Assembly (NCBI GenBank): GCA_963804995.1
Contig: CAWDSK010000003.1
Coordinates: 960,001 to 1,024,000, forward strand
DNA from: an uncultured Acidobacteriota bacterium
GTDB taxonomy: Bacteria > Acidobacteriota > Terriglobia > UBA7540
DNA length: 64,000 nucleotides
Direction: 5' to 3'
Position numbers and translations under genes: made by a program. Of the stretch, positions 49,599 through 59,184 are shown piece by piece. Position 1 is the stretch's first letter. Each line of letters opens with the position of its first letter. Under the pieces are notes generated by a model. It saw only the letters and a program-made list of their open reading frames with translations. It did no database searches and had not been told where the DNA came from.

Positions 49599-50330
49599 AT
49601 GTTCTACCTCTGGATCAGTCTGGCGCTGGGCATAGTAGCGGGACTCGCCAATCTGTTTGGTGGCGCGATTGTCTCAGCGCGTCCCTGGAGCCGCACCTTT
49701 CTCGCCCTCTTCATTGCGCTCGGCTCAGGCTTCATGCTGGCGACGGTGCTGACGGAGATGCTGCCCGAAAGCCTGCGCCTGGCCCCGGTCTCTGCGCCCG
49801 CCCTGATTCTGCTTGGCTACTTCATTGTTCACTACTTTGAACATACCTGGCCCGCGCATTTCCATTTCGGCGAGGAAACCCATACTGACAAGTTTCTGAA
49901 CCCTTCCGTGGCGTATACCGCCCTGGCGGGCTTGACAATCCATACCTTTTTCGACGGCGTCTCCATCACTTCGGGATTCTTGATTTCCCCGTGGCTGGGG
50001 ACAATCATCTCTGGAGCTGTGGTTCTTCACAATATTCCGGAAGGCTTCACCATAGCCTCCATCATGGCCGCCGCCAAGCAGAGCCGGAGCGCCGGGGTGT
50101 GGGCGGCAGGCGCCCTGGGAATCTCGCGGATGGTGGGGGTGTTGGCCATGGCGCTGGCGCACACTTGGGTGAATTACGGCTTGGCACTCTCCGCGGGTGT
50201 CACGCTATACGTGGCAGCCTCAGACCTGATTCCCGAGGTGAATAAGATGGGCGGTCCGAGAATCGCCCTGACCGTGGGACTGGGAGTAGCCTTGGTTCTT
50301 GTGATGCGGTATTTGTTCTTTGCTTTTTAG
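49599..50330 (+). CDS. ZIP-family metal transporter
   Basis: HFHFGEETH, HTFFDG, HNIPEG and YVAASDLIPE motifs. Confidence 0.9.
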   Translation: MFYLWISLALGIVAGLANLFGGAIVSARPWSRTFLALFIALGSGFMLATVLTEMLPESLRLAPVSAPALILLGYFIVHYFEHTWPAHFHFGEETHTDKFLNPSVAYTALAGLTIHTFFDGVSITSGFLISPWLGTIISGAVVLHNIPEGFTIASIMAAAKQSRSAGVWAAGALGISRMVGVLAMALAHTWVNYGLALSAGVTLYVAASDLIPEVNKMGGPRIALTVGLGVALVLVMRYLFFAF

Positions 50331-50336
50331 CTTTCA

Positions 50337-50693
50337 ATGTACTCTCAAAAACTCCTCGACCACTTTCATCATCCCCGCAACGTAGGTGAGATCGCCGCGC
50401 CTACTGCTGTCGTGGAGGCATCAAATCCTATCTGTGGCGATCTGATGAAACTCTGGGCCATAGTCCGTGACGGCAAGATTCTGGAAGTGAAGTTCAAAGT
50501 CGCAGGCTGCGTACCTGCCGTGGCTTGTGGTTCGTGGTTGACGGAGAACATCGCGGGCAAGCCACTTGAAGACGCCGCCACCCTCACCGCGGACCAAATC
50601 GCTCAGGGACTTGACGGCCTGCCCTCTGCCTCCAAGCACGCCGCCGCGCTCGCCATCGATACCCTAGCGCGTCTGCTCGATAAGTTGCGCTAA
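50337..50693 (+). CDS. IscU/NifU-N-like Fe-S scaffold protein
   Basis: YSQKLLDHF..PRNVG, NPICGD and GC..A.A.GS motifs; the third scaffold Cys is absent (KHAA). Confidence 0.8.
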   Translation: MYSQKLLDHFHHPRNVGEIAAPTAVVEASNPICGDLMKLWAIVRDGKILEVKFKVAGCVPAVACGSWLTENIAGKPLEDAATLTADQIAQGLDGLPSASKHAAALAIDTLARLLDKLR

Positions 50694-50728
50694 CGAGAGA
50701 TCGCCAACCTCTTCTGCGGGACTCTCCG

Positions 50729-51895
50729 CTACCCTGCCGGCGTTACCATCTCCTGGCCAGTCTTCTGCTCAGGCAGAGGCGATTTGGTTGTTGCCAACTC
50801 TTGTGCGCAATAGGGGCAGTAACGGTCCTCCAAGCGAACTTCCCGCTTGCACTGCGGGCAGGTGGGCCTGAGGTTGCGCTTGCAGGCGGGACAGAAATTG
50901 AACCGTGCGTTCACCATGGCGCCGCACCCGGGACAATTGTAAGGAAGCGGCTCGCGCATCAAGAAATAGATGATCAGCCCGATGAGGTAGGGCACAAAAA
51001 TCGCGAGCAACGTCCACAGCGTGGAATTCATTCCGCGCCGTTTGGCATCGCGATTGACATAGCCGAAAAGCAGCAGAAGTAAGTCGACAACAAGCGCGGT
51101 CCCTGCCGCGGCGGCCATGTAGGCGGCTAACGGACCCATATTGGGATTGTAGAAGTGAACGACCTGGGCCACTACTTGCCCAACGATGAACAGTGCGATC
51201 GCCAGGCCCTTGAGCCAGCGAGGAATAATCCGGAACTCGTCGGCAAAGCGGCTATTTTCGTGCGTCATGCGCCAACGAATCATTCGTACCTGTTCTTTCA
51301 CGGGTTGTTTTTCTTCCGTCATGGATTCATTCTCACTTTCTCCAGGCTCCTGCCCGGTCCTGCCGGTCGTTGTACCTCGGTTTGCCCCTGCCAGATTGGC
51401 CGCCGCCCAGCGGGGCAGAGTCGTGTAGCTATCCTGTGTCGCAACGTGCCGGCGCTGCCAGGCGAGGAGTACCGCCACCGCGCCTGCCGGCAACAGCCAC
51501 CAAAGCACGAAGGCCGTCTCCCAAATCAAGTTCGGCAACCTGGCGTGAAGGCCCACCCACTGGAAGGCCCGCCAGACCAGCGGCGCGCTCGCCACACCTA
51601 AAACCCAAGAGAACGCACAGGAAATCCACAGCGCGCGCATCCGCACCTGATTCTCACGCAACTCACGAGCCCGCAAGCGGACGCGGGTCTGAGTGATGCT
51701 GACTAATTCGGGGTCAACACCTACGATGTTCGACCGCAACGCCTGGAGGGCGCGTTCGTTGGCACGCATCCTGGCCCGGCACGCCGCGCATTCTTCCAAG
51801 TGCTCATCCAGCCACGCGCGTTCGGCGGCAGAAATTCCTTCCACATGCGACACGTCGATAAGTCGGCAGGCGCGCTCGTGGACTTCAGGATTCAT
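50729..51895 (-). CDS. Zinc-finger anti-sigma-like protein in one frame with a PLDc_N/double-zinc-ribbon membrane protein (second start at 51322)
   Basis: HLEECAAC (zf-HC2) plus TM helices, then DAKRRGMN...W and two CxxC-x10-CxxC ribbons. No stop separates the parts; ATGA overlap with the sigma gene. Confidence 0.7.
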   Translation of the reverse strand: MNPEVHERACRLIDVSHVEGISAAERAWLDEHLEECAACRARMRANERALQALRSNIVGVDPELVSITQTRVRLRARELRENQVRMRALWISCAFSWVLGVASAPLVWRAFQWVGLHARLPNLIWETAFVLWWLLPAGAVAVLLAWQRRHVATQDSYTTLPRWAAANLAGANRGTTTGRTGQEPGESENESMTEEKQPVKEQVRMIRWRMTHENSRFADEFRIIPRWLKGLAIALFIVGQVVAQVVHFYNPNMGPLAAYMAAAAGTALVVDLLLLLFGYVNRDAKRRGMNSTLWTLLAIFVPYLIGLIIYFLMREPLPYNCPGCGAMVNARFNFCPACKRNLRPTCPQCKREVRLEDRYCPYCAQELATTKSPLPEQKTGQEMVTPAG

Positions 51896-52455
51896 ACTTC
51901 CTCCTCCAGATGATTGCGGAATGTTTCGAGGCCGCGATAGAGCCGTGATTTCACCGTCGAGAGTGGGGCTCCCACCACTTCCGCAATCTCGCTTAAATCC
52001 ATATCTTCCTGAAAGCGCAGCACCAACACTTCGCGAGCGTCGGGCGGAAGACACTGAAGCACGCCCTTGACGCGTTCTGCCTGCTCGCCCGCGGCCACGA
52101 TCTCAAAGGGCGTCGCGGACCTGCGGTCCGGCCACTCGCGCACGGCGCTCTCATCGCCGGGATGCAACAACACCTCGAGGCTCTCGGGCTGGCGGCGGCG
52201 CAAGAAGTCAAGGGCGAGGTTCCGCGCAATTGAGAAGAGCCAAGTTTCGAAGGGCCATCGGGGATCGAACTGGTGGCTTTTCTCCAGTACCCGAATCCAG
52301 GTCTCCTGGAAAAGGTCCTCGGCCACCTCGCGGCTGCCCGTTAGCGTCCAGAGGTAACGGGGCAGCCGGTATTGGTAGCGGCTAATCAACTCGTCCAGCA
52401 GGTCAGGATCGTGCCGCCGCAGCCCCCGCGCCATTTCACGGGTTTCCTGTTCCAT
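51892..52455 (-). CDS. ECF RNA polymerase sigma factor
   Basis: AEDLFQETW, WLFSIARN and EIAEVVGAPLSTVKSRLYRG motifs. Confidence 0.92.
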   Translation of the reverse strand: MEQETREMARGLRRHDPDLLDELISRYQYRLPRYLWTLTGSREVAEDLFQETWIRVLEKSHQFDPRWPFETWLFSIARNLALDFLRRRQPESLEVLLHPGDESAVREWPDRRSATPFEIVAAGEQAERVKGVLQCLPPDAREVLVLRFQEDMDLSEIAEVVGAPLSTVKSRLYRGLETFRNHLEEEV

Positions 52456-52700
52456 CGAATTCACAAAAAGGCAAAGGCTGTTTCCCATTCTAGTCGCAAT
52501 ACGAATCAGCCTCTAAAAAAGACGCATGAGGGTGTTGACATTATTTCGGGGACTCAACCTTCTGCGGTCTGGCCGGCAGGGTCAAGGTGCCTCCCTGGCT
52601 AGACTTCGTGCCGGAGCGCTCGCGCATTAGACCCGCCCGCCGCGCTTGCCCGACAACTGCCCCCCGTGCTACGCTCGCACAGCATTTGTGGATCTTCTCC

Positions 52701-53789
52701 ATGGGTGATACTTCGACACCAATAGCCAAGGGCACGGACGACGGGTTGCTGCGCGGTTTCTGGTACCCCGCCTTGCGGAGCACGGAGATTCACAGGCGAA
52801 AGCTGCGCCAGGCAATGCTTTTGGGAGTACCGCTGGTCGTGGGCCGCAACGCCTCAGGTCAGGCATTCGCGATGCGCGATACCTGCCCGCACCGCGGCAT
52901 CCCACTCTCCGACGGCTGGTTTGACGGCGAGCTTTTGGAATGCTGTTACCACGGGTGGAAATTTGAGCCCGTCTCAGGGCAATGCCGCGAAATCCCTTCC
53001 CTGCTGCCTGATTCCAAGGTGAAGCCGGAAAAGATTTATGCCAAGGCCTTCCCAGCGGAAGAGCACGACGGCTACGTGTGGGTTCACATCCCCGACCCCG
53101 ACGCCCCCGGCGAGGCCGTGACACCCGCGCCGCGGCTGCCGGTGTTCAGTGAGCGTTACAAAATCACCCACCTGGCCGCCGACCTGCCCTGCCATGTGGA
53201 TCACGGCATCATCGGGTTGATGGACCCCGCCCACGGTCCCTTTGTGCATCAGTCGTGGTGGTGGCGCACCCGGCGCAGTATTCGCGAAAAAGAGAAGATC
53301 TTCGAGCCCATCCCCAACGGATTCCGTATTCGGGCTCATGCCCCCTCCACCAACAGCGCGCCTTACAAGTTGCTGGGGGTTTACGGCAAGCCCATTACCA
53401 CCAAGATTGAGTTTGTCCTTCCCAACATGCGTTTCGAGGAAATTCACTGCGGCGACTACTGGTTCTCCAGCCGCACCACGGTTACACCCGTCACCACCAG
53501 CTTATGCCGCATCGATTTCTGCGCCGCCTGGAACGTCTTTGCCTACGTGCCCTTCATGGTCTCGATCTTTCGCCTCTTCGGGCGGATGTTTATCGGCCAG
53601 GATCAACGCACCATGGTGCAACAGGCGCGCGGCCTCAAGTACAATCCCCCCCTCATGCTCATCGACAACGCCGACCGCCCCGCCAAATGGTACTTCGCGC
53701 TTAAAGCTGCTTATCAGGAATCGCGCCGCACCGGCGAACCGATGAAACACCCCATCGCCGGGCCGACAACACTGCATTGGCGGAGCTAG
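52701..53789 (+). CDS. Rieske non-heme iron oxygenase alpha subunit (VanA/PAO-like)
   Basis: CPHRG...CCYHGW Rieske motif and the DPAHGPFVH iron site. Confidence 0.88.
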   Translation: MGDTSTPIAKGTDDGLLRGFWYPALRSTEIHRRKLRQAMLLGVPLVVGRNASGQAFAMRDTCPHRGIPLSDGWFDGELLECCYHGWKFEPVSGQCREIPSLLPDSKVKPEKIYAKAFPAEEHDGYVWVHIPDPDAPGEAVTPAPRLPVFSERYKITHLAADLPCHVDHGIIGLMDPAHGPFVHQSWWWRTRRSIREKEKIFEPIPNGFRIRAHAPSTNSAPYKLLGVYGKPITTKIEFVLPNMRFEEIHCGDYWFSSRTTVTPVTTSLCRIDFCAAWNVFAYVPFMVSIFRLFGRMFIGQDQRTMVQQARGLKYNPPLMLIDNADRPAKWYFALKAAYQESRRTGEPMKHPIAGPTTLHWRS

Positions 53790-54300
53790 GCTGAAGGCAG
53801 TAGGCAGAAGGCAGAAGGCAGTAGGCAGTAGGCGGCGAGAACGGTAAATTGTGAATGGTGAATAGTGAAGGATGGAGAATCGGGTTGCAGCGATCCCCCA
53901 GCCCACATTAGGCCAACATGCCTCGCCGTCCAGGATAAATGGCTTCGGCAATAGGACAACAGCAGATGAAGATGGCAATCTCGCAGGAAGAAGGATTGCG
54001 CGTGGGCTACCACGAAATGGCTAATAACCGGGAGCGGGAAGCGGAAGCTCAGGAGTGGTGTGAGCGGCTGATAGGCGACGTAGCAGATCAAAAGGGGTGA
54101 CGTTCTTCGTTACTCTAAGGTCGGTTGCCTCCAGCTTACTCCCCGGTGCCTACTCCCTATTCCTTACTCCCCATTCCCTATTCTTTTCTGCCCACTGCCT
54201 TCTGCCTATTGCTTTCTGCTTTCTGCCTTCTGCTTTCTGCCTTCTGTCTACTGCCTTCTGCCTTCTGCTTTCTGCCTACTGCCTACTGCTTTCTGCCTAC
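53789..54300. repeat. Inverted heptamer arrays (GCAGAAG/GCAGTAG) between two convergent genes, with further inner heptamer tracts
   Basis: 53789-53833 (ggcagtaggcagaagg...) versus 54186-54300 (ctgccttctgctttctg...). Inner tracts gtgaatggtgaatagtgaa and cctactccctattccttactc. Confidence 0.88.
53939..54100 (+). pseudogene. Antitoxin-like small ORF (53 aa) followed by a vestigial MazF/PemK start
   Basis: Hand translation: [53 protein letters not shown]. The overlapping frame reads ATC-KRGDV. Confidence 0.45.
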
Positions 54301-54882
54301 TCCCTCAACCAACCGTTCATAACCCTCCGGGTCGTCTACGTCGAGCAGAATGCCGAGATCGTCAATCTCTACAAATTGCGTCGCATCACAATATTTCCTG
54401 ATGACCGTGTTCGCGCCTTCACCCAGACTGAGGGCCAGGAATTCAGGGAACAGTGCACGGCTGATTACCACGGGGTGGCCGCGTTGACCTTGGCAGGTGG
54501 GAATAACCACAGGCGGGCGGGTTGCTTGGAATTGGTCCCTCAGCTTTCTTATTACCTCCACTGAAATCGCGGGATGATCGACAAGGCAGAGGATAACGGC
54601 TTCGAGTGATGGTTCCTCCAGGGCCGCGAGCCCCGTCTGGAGTGAAGACGTTTGCCCTCGCCGGTAGTCGTGGTTGACAGCCACCCGCACGTTCGCCAGA
54701 TTCACGGCGCGCTGGATTTCCTCCGCGTGATGTCCCAGCACTACGGCGACATTCTCTATCCCGGCGCCGCGAAGATTTTGGATAAGGGTGTCAAGGAAGG
54801 TGCGCCCGTGGTAGATCAGCAGGGCCTTGTCTCTGCCCATGCGTGAGGATTCCCCGGCGGCAAGAATCAGGCCTGCAATCAT
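54283..54882 (-). CDS. MocA-like nucleotidyltransferase (molybdenum cofactor cytidylyltransferase)
   Basis: [28 protein letters not shown] and DVDDPE motifs; adjacent to xdhC. The stop codon lies inside the heptamer array. Confidence 0.85.
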   Translation of the reverse strand: MIAGLILAAGESSRMGRDKALLIYHGRTFLDTLIQNLRGAGIENVAVVLGHHAEEIQRAVNLANVRVAVNHDYRRGQTSSLQTGLAALEEPSLEAVILCLVDHPAISVEVIRKLRDQFQATRPPVVIPTCQGQRGHPVVISRALFPEFLALSLGEGANTVIRKYCDATQFVEIDDLGILLDVDDPEGYERLVEGVGRKQ

Positions 54883-55700
54883 GGGGTGTTCTGGGTTTTC
54901 GCGTGGTAAGCGAGCGATGGAACGCTCGTCGTGGCGTTGCGGCGCACCGCAATCATCTCCGCCACAATGGCGACGGCTATTTCTTCCGGAGTCAGGGCGC
55001 CGATATCGAGCCCGATGGGCGAATGCACGCGCTCGATTTTCTCCGGCGGCACTCCCTCGCGCTCCAGAACCTTACAAATCTCAATGAACTTGCGCTTGCT
55101 GCCGATCATGCCGAGGTAGCGGGGCTGCGTGGTCACGGCCCAGCGCAGGCAATCGAGATCGCCTTTGTGGCCGCGTGTCACCAGCACCAGATAGGAATGG
55201 TTGTTGATGTTGAGTTTGGGAAAGATTTCCGCCCACGGCCCCGCCAAGGTCTCAGCGGCCTCGGGAAAGCGCTCTTTGTTCGCAAAGGCTTCGCGGTCGT
55301 CGGCTACGATTACGTCAAAACCCGCAATTTTCGCAACTTTCGCCACGTGCAGGCCCACATGCCCGCCGCCCAGAATGAACACCGTGGGCGTAGACAGAAC
55401 CGGCTCGACGAAAATGTCGAGCGAGCCGCCGCAAATCAAGCCGTTGTCGTACTCGGGATTTGCGTTCAGATTGAAGTGCAGACGCCGAGGCTTTTCTTCC
55501 CGCATGACCTCCTGCGCCACTGACCACACTTCCGCTTCCACACAGCCACCGCCCACGGTTCCCACAATCGACCCGTCCTCGCGGATCAGAATCTTGGAGC
55601 TCTCGTGGCTGGGAATCGAACCCTGCACCTCAACAATGGTGGCGAGCGCGCCCTTTCGCCCTTCCTTCCGCAACCGAACGATTTCTTCAAAGATATCCAT
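54879..55700 (-). CDS. xdhC: XdhC/CoxI-family molybdoenzyme accessory protein
   Basis: GTVGGGCVE, ICGG, GGGHVG, VTRGH, YLGMIGS and PIGLDIGALTPEEIA motifs. Confidence 0.9.
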   Translation of the reverse strand: MDIFEEIVRLRKEGRKGALATIVEVQGSIPSHESSKILIREDGSIVGTVGGGCVEAEVWSVAQEVMREEKPRRLHFNLNANPEYDNGLICGGSLDIFVEPVLSTPTVFILGGGHVGLHVAKVAKIAGFDVIVADDREAFANKERFPEAAETLAGPWAEIFPKLNINNHSYLVLVTRGHKGDLDCLRWAVTTQPRYLGMIGSKRKFIEICKVLEREGVPPEKIERVHSPIGLDIGALTPEEIAVAIVAEMIAVRRNATTSVPSLAYHAKTQNTP

Positions 55701-56157
55701 AGACTCTCGAAAGTTAGGTTAATCGCGCCTGCGATGAATGTCAACGAACCCTGCGAAATCCTGGCTGGGCTCACGGAGCGGCGAGTTTACCTGGCCAATC
55801 GGCGGGGTAAGGCCGCCGCCACGGCTTGCCGTATTGCGGCCAGATTCAGGCAATGTGTCCCGCTACTCGGAATATTTCTTGGTTCCGATATACAGCCGTC
55901 ATTAACGTTATTGACAATACAATATTCTAGGCTATGCTGTGAGGTGGGGGTTGGCATGCCAGAAACTCGTGGCTCGCGAGAGATATCGAAAGGCGCAAGC
56001 GGCAAAGGGGTAAGATCCGGCTTGTGAAGATGCTATAGAAAATACAGGTCTTAGCGATGCGAAGGACAAAAGGGATGAAGAGCTATTTCATTGAAAAACA
56101 AGGAGTTATATTTCCGTCTCGCAAGCCGTGGGGGGCACATTTTCTCGATGCGTAAAG

Positions 56158-56280
56158 TCTAACGATGTGTATGAAAACAAAGGAAAATAAAAGTGACAAT
56201 TTGGCAAGTCTAACGATGTTGTTGAAAACAAATAAGTTAAGCTTATTTTCTAACGATGTTGATGATAACAAAGGGACTTA
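56158..56280. repeat. Three ~24-bp AT-rich direct repeats (TCTAACGATGTnnnTGAwAACAAA)
   Basis: Copies begin at 56158, 56209 and 56249. Confidence 0.75.
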
Positions 56281-56475
56281 ACTGGAAAAAATGGTCTCCG
56301 TTCTCCATTAGAATTGTGACGTTGCCCTACGACGGCGGTTGGAGACGGCAACCACGCAGGGATTTCCTCAGGACTCCATCATAGTCGATGGAATGCTCCA
56401 TCTTGGAGCGTCTATCCAGCACAATTAAGGGTAAAATCTCCTCCACACAAGAAGCACGGTGGGAGGAAGTCATTC

Positions 56476-57504
56476 ATGAAGGCAATCCGATATCACGAGC
56501 ACGGCGGTCTCGAGGTCCTCAAGTACGAAGCTGCTCCGGAGCCTAAGATTCAAGCAAATGAAGTCCTGGTCAAGGTGAAGGCCTGTGCGCTGAATCATCT
56601 TGACCTGTGGGTGCGCGGCGGTGTGCCCGGGTGGAAGATCCCGATGCCGCACATCCTGGGCAGCGATATTTCCGGCGAGGTTGCCGAAGTGGGGGCGCTC
56701 GTCACGCGCGCCAAACCCGGTGACCGAGTGCTGCTCTGCCCGGGAATCAGTTGCGGTCAGTGCCAGATGTGCTCGAAAGGCTTGGACAGTGCCTGCCGGC
56801 AGTACACACTCTTCGGCGTATTCGTCGACGGAGGGTACGCGGAGTATGTAAGGTCTCCGGAAAGGAACGTAATTCCCATTCCCGCTGACCTCAGTTTCGA
56901 CGAAGCCGCTGCCGTCCCCCTGGTTTTTCTGACAGCCTGGCACATGCTCTTCACGCGCGCGGGCCTCAAGCCCGGCGAGGAGGTGCTGGTTATTGGCGCG
57001 GGTTCAGGCGTAGGTAGCGCGGCGATTCAGATCGCCAAGCTCGTAAATGCGCGGGTCATCACCACGGCGGGAGCAGACTGGAAGCTCGAAAAAGCCCGTG
57101 TGCTGGGCGCGGATGAAGTGATTAACCACAGCACGCAATCGATTGCCGAAGAAGTGAAGCGCCTTACCGGCAAGCGCGGTGTTGATGTCGTGGTAGATCA
57201 CGTGGGAGCAGCGGTTTGGGAAGCGTGCTTTGATTCGCTCGCCACCTACGGGAGGTTAGTGACGTGCGGGATGACAACTGGCGCAAGCCTCAAACTGAAT
57301 GGCCAGGCGCTCTTCGGACGGCAACGCACTATTCTGGGCTCCTTCATGGGCGGCAAAGCGGAACTCCTGGAGGCTCTCAAATTCGTCACGCAGGGTAAGC
57401 TGAAAGCGGTGATCGACTCCGCCTTTCCACTTGCAGACGCCTCCGCGGCTGAGCAGAAGATGGAGAGTCGCGAGTTCTTTGGCAAAATCCTGCTTCATCC
57501 TTGA
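56476..57504 (+). CDS. Zinc-binding MDR-family dehydrogenase / quinone oxidoreductase-like
   Basis: LNHLD, PHILGSD, CGQCQMC...C, GAGSGVG and FGKILL motifs. Confidence 0.88.
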   Translation: MKAIRYHEHGGLEVLKYEAAPEPKIQANEVLVKVKACALNHLDLWVRGGVPGWKIPMPHILGSDISGEVAEVGALVTRAKPGDRVLLCPGISCGQCQMCSKGLDSACRQYTLFGVFVDGGYAEYVRSPERNVIPIPADLSFDEAAAVPLVFLTAWHMLFTRAGLKPGEEVLVIGAGSGVGSAAIQIAKLVNARVITTAGADWKLEKARVLGADEVINHSTQSIAEEVKRLTGKRGVDVVVDHVGAAVWEACFDSLATYGRLVTCGMTTGASLKLNGQALFGRQRTILGSFMGGKAELLEALKFVTQGKLKAVIDSAFPLADASAAEQKMESREFFGKILLHP

Positions 57505-57622
57505 GAATTAAGGAGCGCGCCATATCTCTTCCGCGGCGCGGAGTGAGGAGGGTGGTAGGTATGAATCTCAGACGAAATATTCGCGCGGACCGGAGTTGAA
57601 GCCAAGCGCGCTGAGTGGCATA

Positions 57623-58147
57623 ATGGAAACTGACATGGGCGTTCCGACTGCAACTGGTGATCAATCCGGATTTGAAGGCCTGATCTTCACCAAGCTCGAT
57701 CAAGCGGTGAATTGGGCGCGCAAATCATCCATCTGGCCCATGAGCTTCGGTTTGGCTTGCTGTGCCATCGAGATGATGTCCGCGGGCGCTTCGCGCTTCG
57801 ACCTGGCAAGGTTTGGCGCGGAAGTTTTCCGAGGTTCGCCCCGTCAGGCGGATTTGATGATCGTGGCGGGCCGCGTGGCGCAGAAGATGGTGCCGGTGAT
57901 CCAGAAGCTTTATGCGCAGATGCCGGAGCCCAAGTGGGTGATTTCCATGGGCGCCTGCGCAACTTCCGGCGGCGTCTTCAACAATTACGCGATCGTGCAG
58001 GGTGTCAACCAGTTCGTCCCCGTGGATGTTTATGTGCCCGGATGCCCGCCTCGGCCTGAGCAACTCATCTATGCGATCATGATGCTGCAAAAGAAGATCG
58101 AACGGCAGCGGGGCTCATTCAAAGAAGCAGTCTTTCACACCAAGTAA
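57623..58147 (+). CDS. nuoB: NADH-quinone oxidoreductase subunit B (standalone)
   Basis: [22 protein letters not shown] and [12 protein letters not shown] motifs. Start is 57623 or 57635. Confidence 0.92.
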   Translation: METDMGVPTATGDQSGFEGLIFTKLDQAVNWARKSSIWPMSFGLACCAIEMMSAGASRFDLARFGAEVFRGSPRQADLMIVAGRVAQKMVPVIQKLYAQMPEPKWVISMGACATSGGVFNNYAIVQGVNQFVPVDVYVPGCPPRPEQLIYAIMMLQKKIERQRGSFKEAVFHTK

Positions 58148-58258
58148 TTTCCCCTGTTCCTCCCCACTCTTACGGCCAAGTCGGAAAGCGGTCATCCTTC
58201 CACGCGTCAGCACCATTGATTGTTCATGAAGGGAAGATTAATGAGCAGGCACTGTCCG

Positions 58259-58681
58259 TCAGCCGCGCCTGAGGTAGGCGGAAATCAGGATTACAACAAC
58301 TCCCAGGGACAAGGCCACGATCAGCCAAGTCCGCCGCCGGGCGCGCAGCGGGTCAAAGACTTTCAAAGGAATGGTGAGCGCCAGGACGATGCCGAAAAGC
58401 GCAAACGACAGGACAATCTTCAAGGCCAGGAATTTCCACGCCTTATCCCAGGGTTCTTCCCAATAGTAACGCCGGATGTTATAGAGACCGGAAATCAACA
58501 GAAGGGTGATGGCGCTCCAGGTTGCCCAGCGGAATTTTGCAGCCACGGCCCGGGAAAGCGCTTCACGCTGTTCTGTGCTGAGGACCCGCAAAGATGGTAT
58601 CAGGATGAGGAGTAAGAAAGCCATTCCTCCGACGCCCACTACGGCAGCCATCAGGTGGACCCACTGCATCAACGTCGTCAT
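58259..58681 (-). CDS. CopD/DUF4149-like four-TM membrane protein
   Basis: WVHLMAAVVGVGG...LISGLYN...LKIVL pattern. Confidence 0.65.
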   Translation of the reverse strand: MTTLMQWVHLMAAVVGVGGMAFLLLILIPSLRVLSTEQREALSRAVAAKFRWATWSAITLLLISGLYNIRRYYWEEPWDKAWKFLALKIVLSFALFGIVLALTIPLKVFDPLRARRRTWLIVALSLGVVVILISAYLRRG

Positions 58682-58854
58682 AGTCTCCGTCCAGAAAGTG
58701 GGTGGATTCTATGCATTTTACCCCGGTGAGAACAAGAGTGAACTTGCACACGATGCCGATGGGTAAACCTTTACGTGCCCGGGGATAGCGAGTTGAACAC
58801 CTCTTGGCACGATCAGGGGAGATCGAAGGCAATGCCCAGGGGGTGAGAAAAGAA

Positions 58855-59145
58855 TCACGACAGTTTTCCACGCATCTGATCGATTTTCCCCGCCAAGTCG
58901 AAATCCTTCTCCGTAACCCCTCCTGCGCTGTGGGTCGAAAGGCTGATGCCCACGACGTTATAGTTGATGGTGATGTCCGGATGGTGCCCGGCGCTCTCTG
59001 CCACCACGGCGATCTTGTTCACAAACTGGATGCCGGGCAGAAAGGATGGAAAGATGTATTTCTTCTGCAGGGCGTTTTCGTGATAGGCCCACCCTTCCAT
59101 CTTTTTAAGCCTCTCATGAATTTCATCTTTGCTTAGTAACGCCAC
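58855..59145 (-). CDS. phhB: Pterin-4a-carbinolamine dehydratase
   Basis: AESAGHHPDI and STHSAGGVTEKD motifs; GTG start after AAGGAG. Confidence 0.9.
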   Translation of the reverse strand: MALLSKDEIHERLKKMEGWAYHENALQKKYIFPSFLPGIQFVNKIAVVAESAGHHPDITINYNVVGISLSTHSAGGVTEKDFDLAGKIDQMRGKLS

Positions 59146-59184
59146 AGTGGCTCCTTTTTCGGCGAGGAACTGACCAAGCCGGAT

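Noticed and set aside
56158..56280. Mini-CRISPR
   Set aside because: The repeats are degenerate and the spacers (~16 and ~27 bp) are short and unequal.
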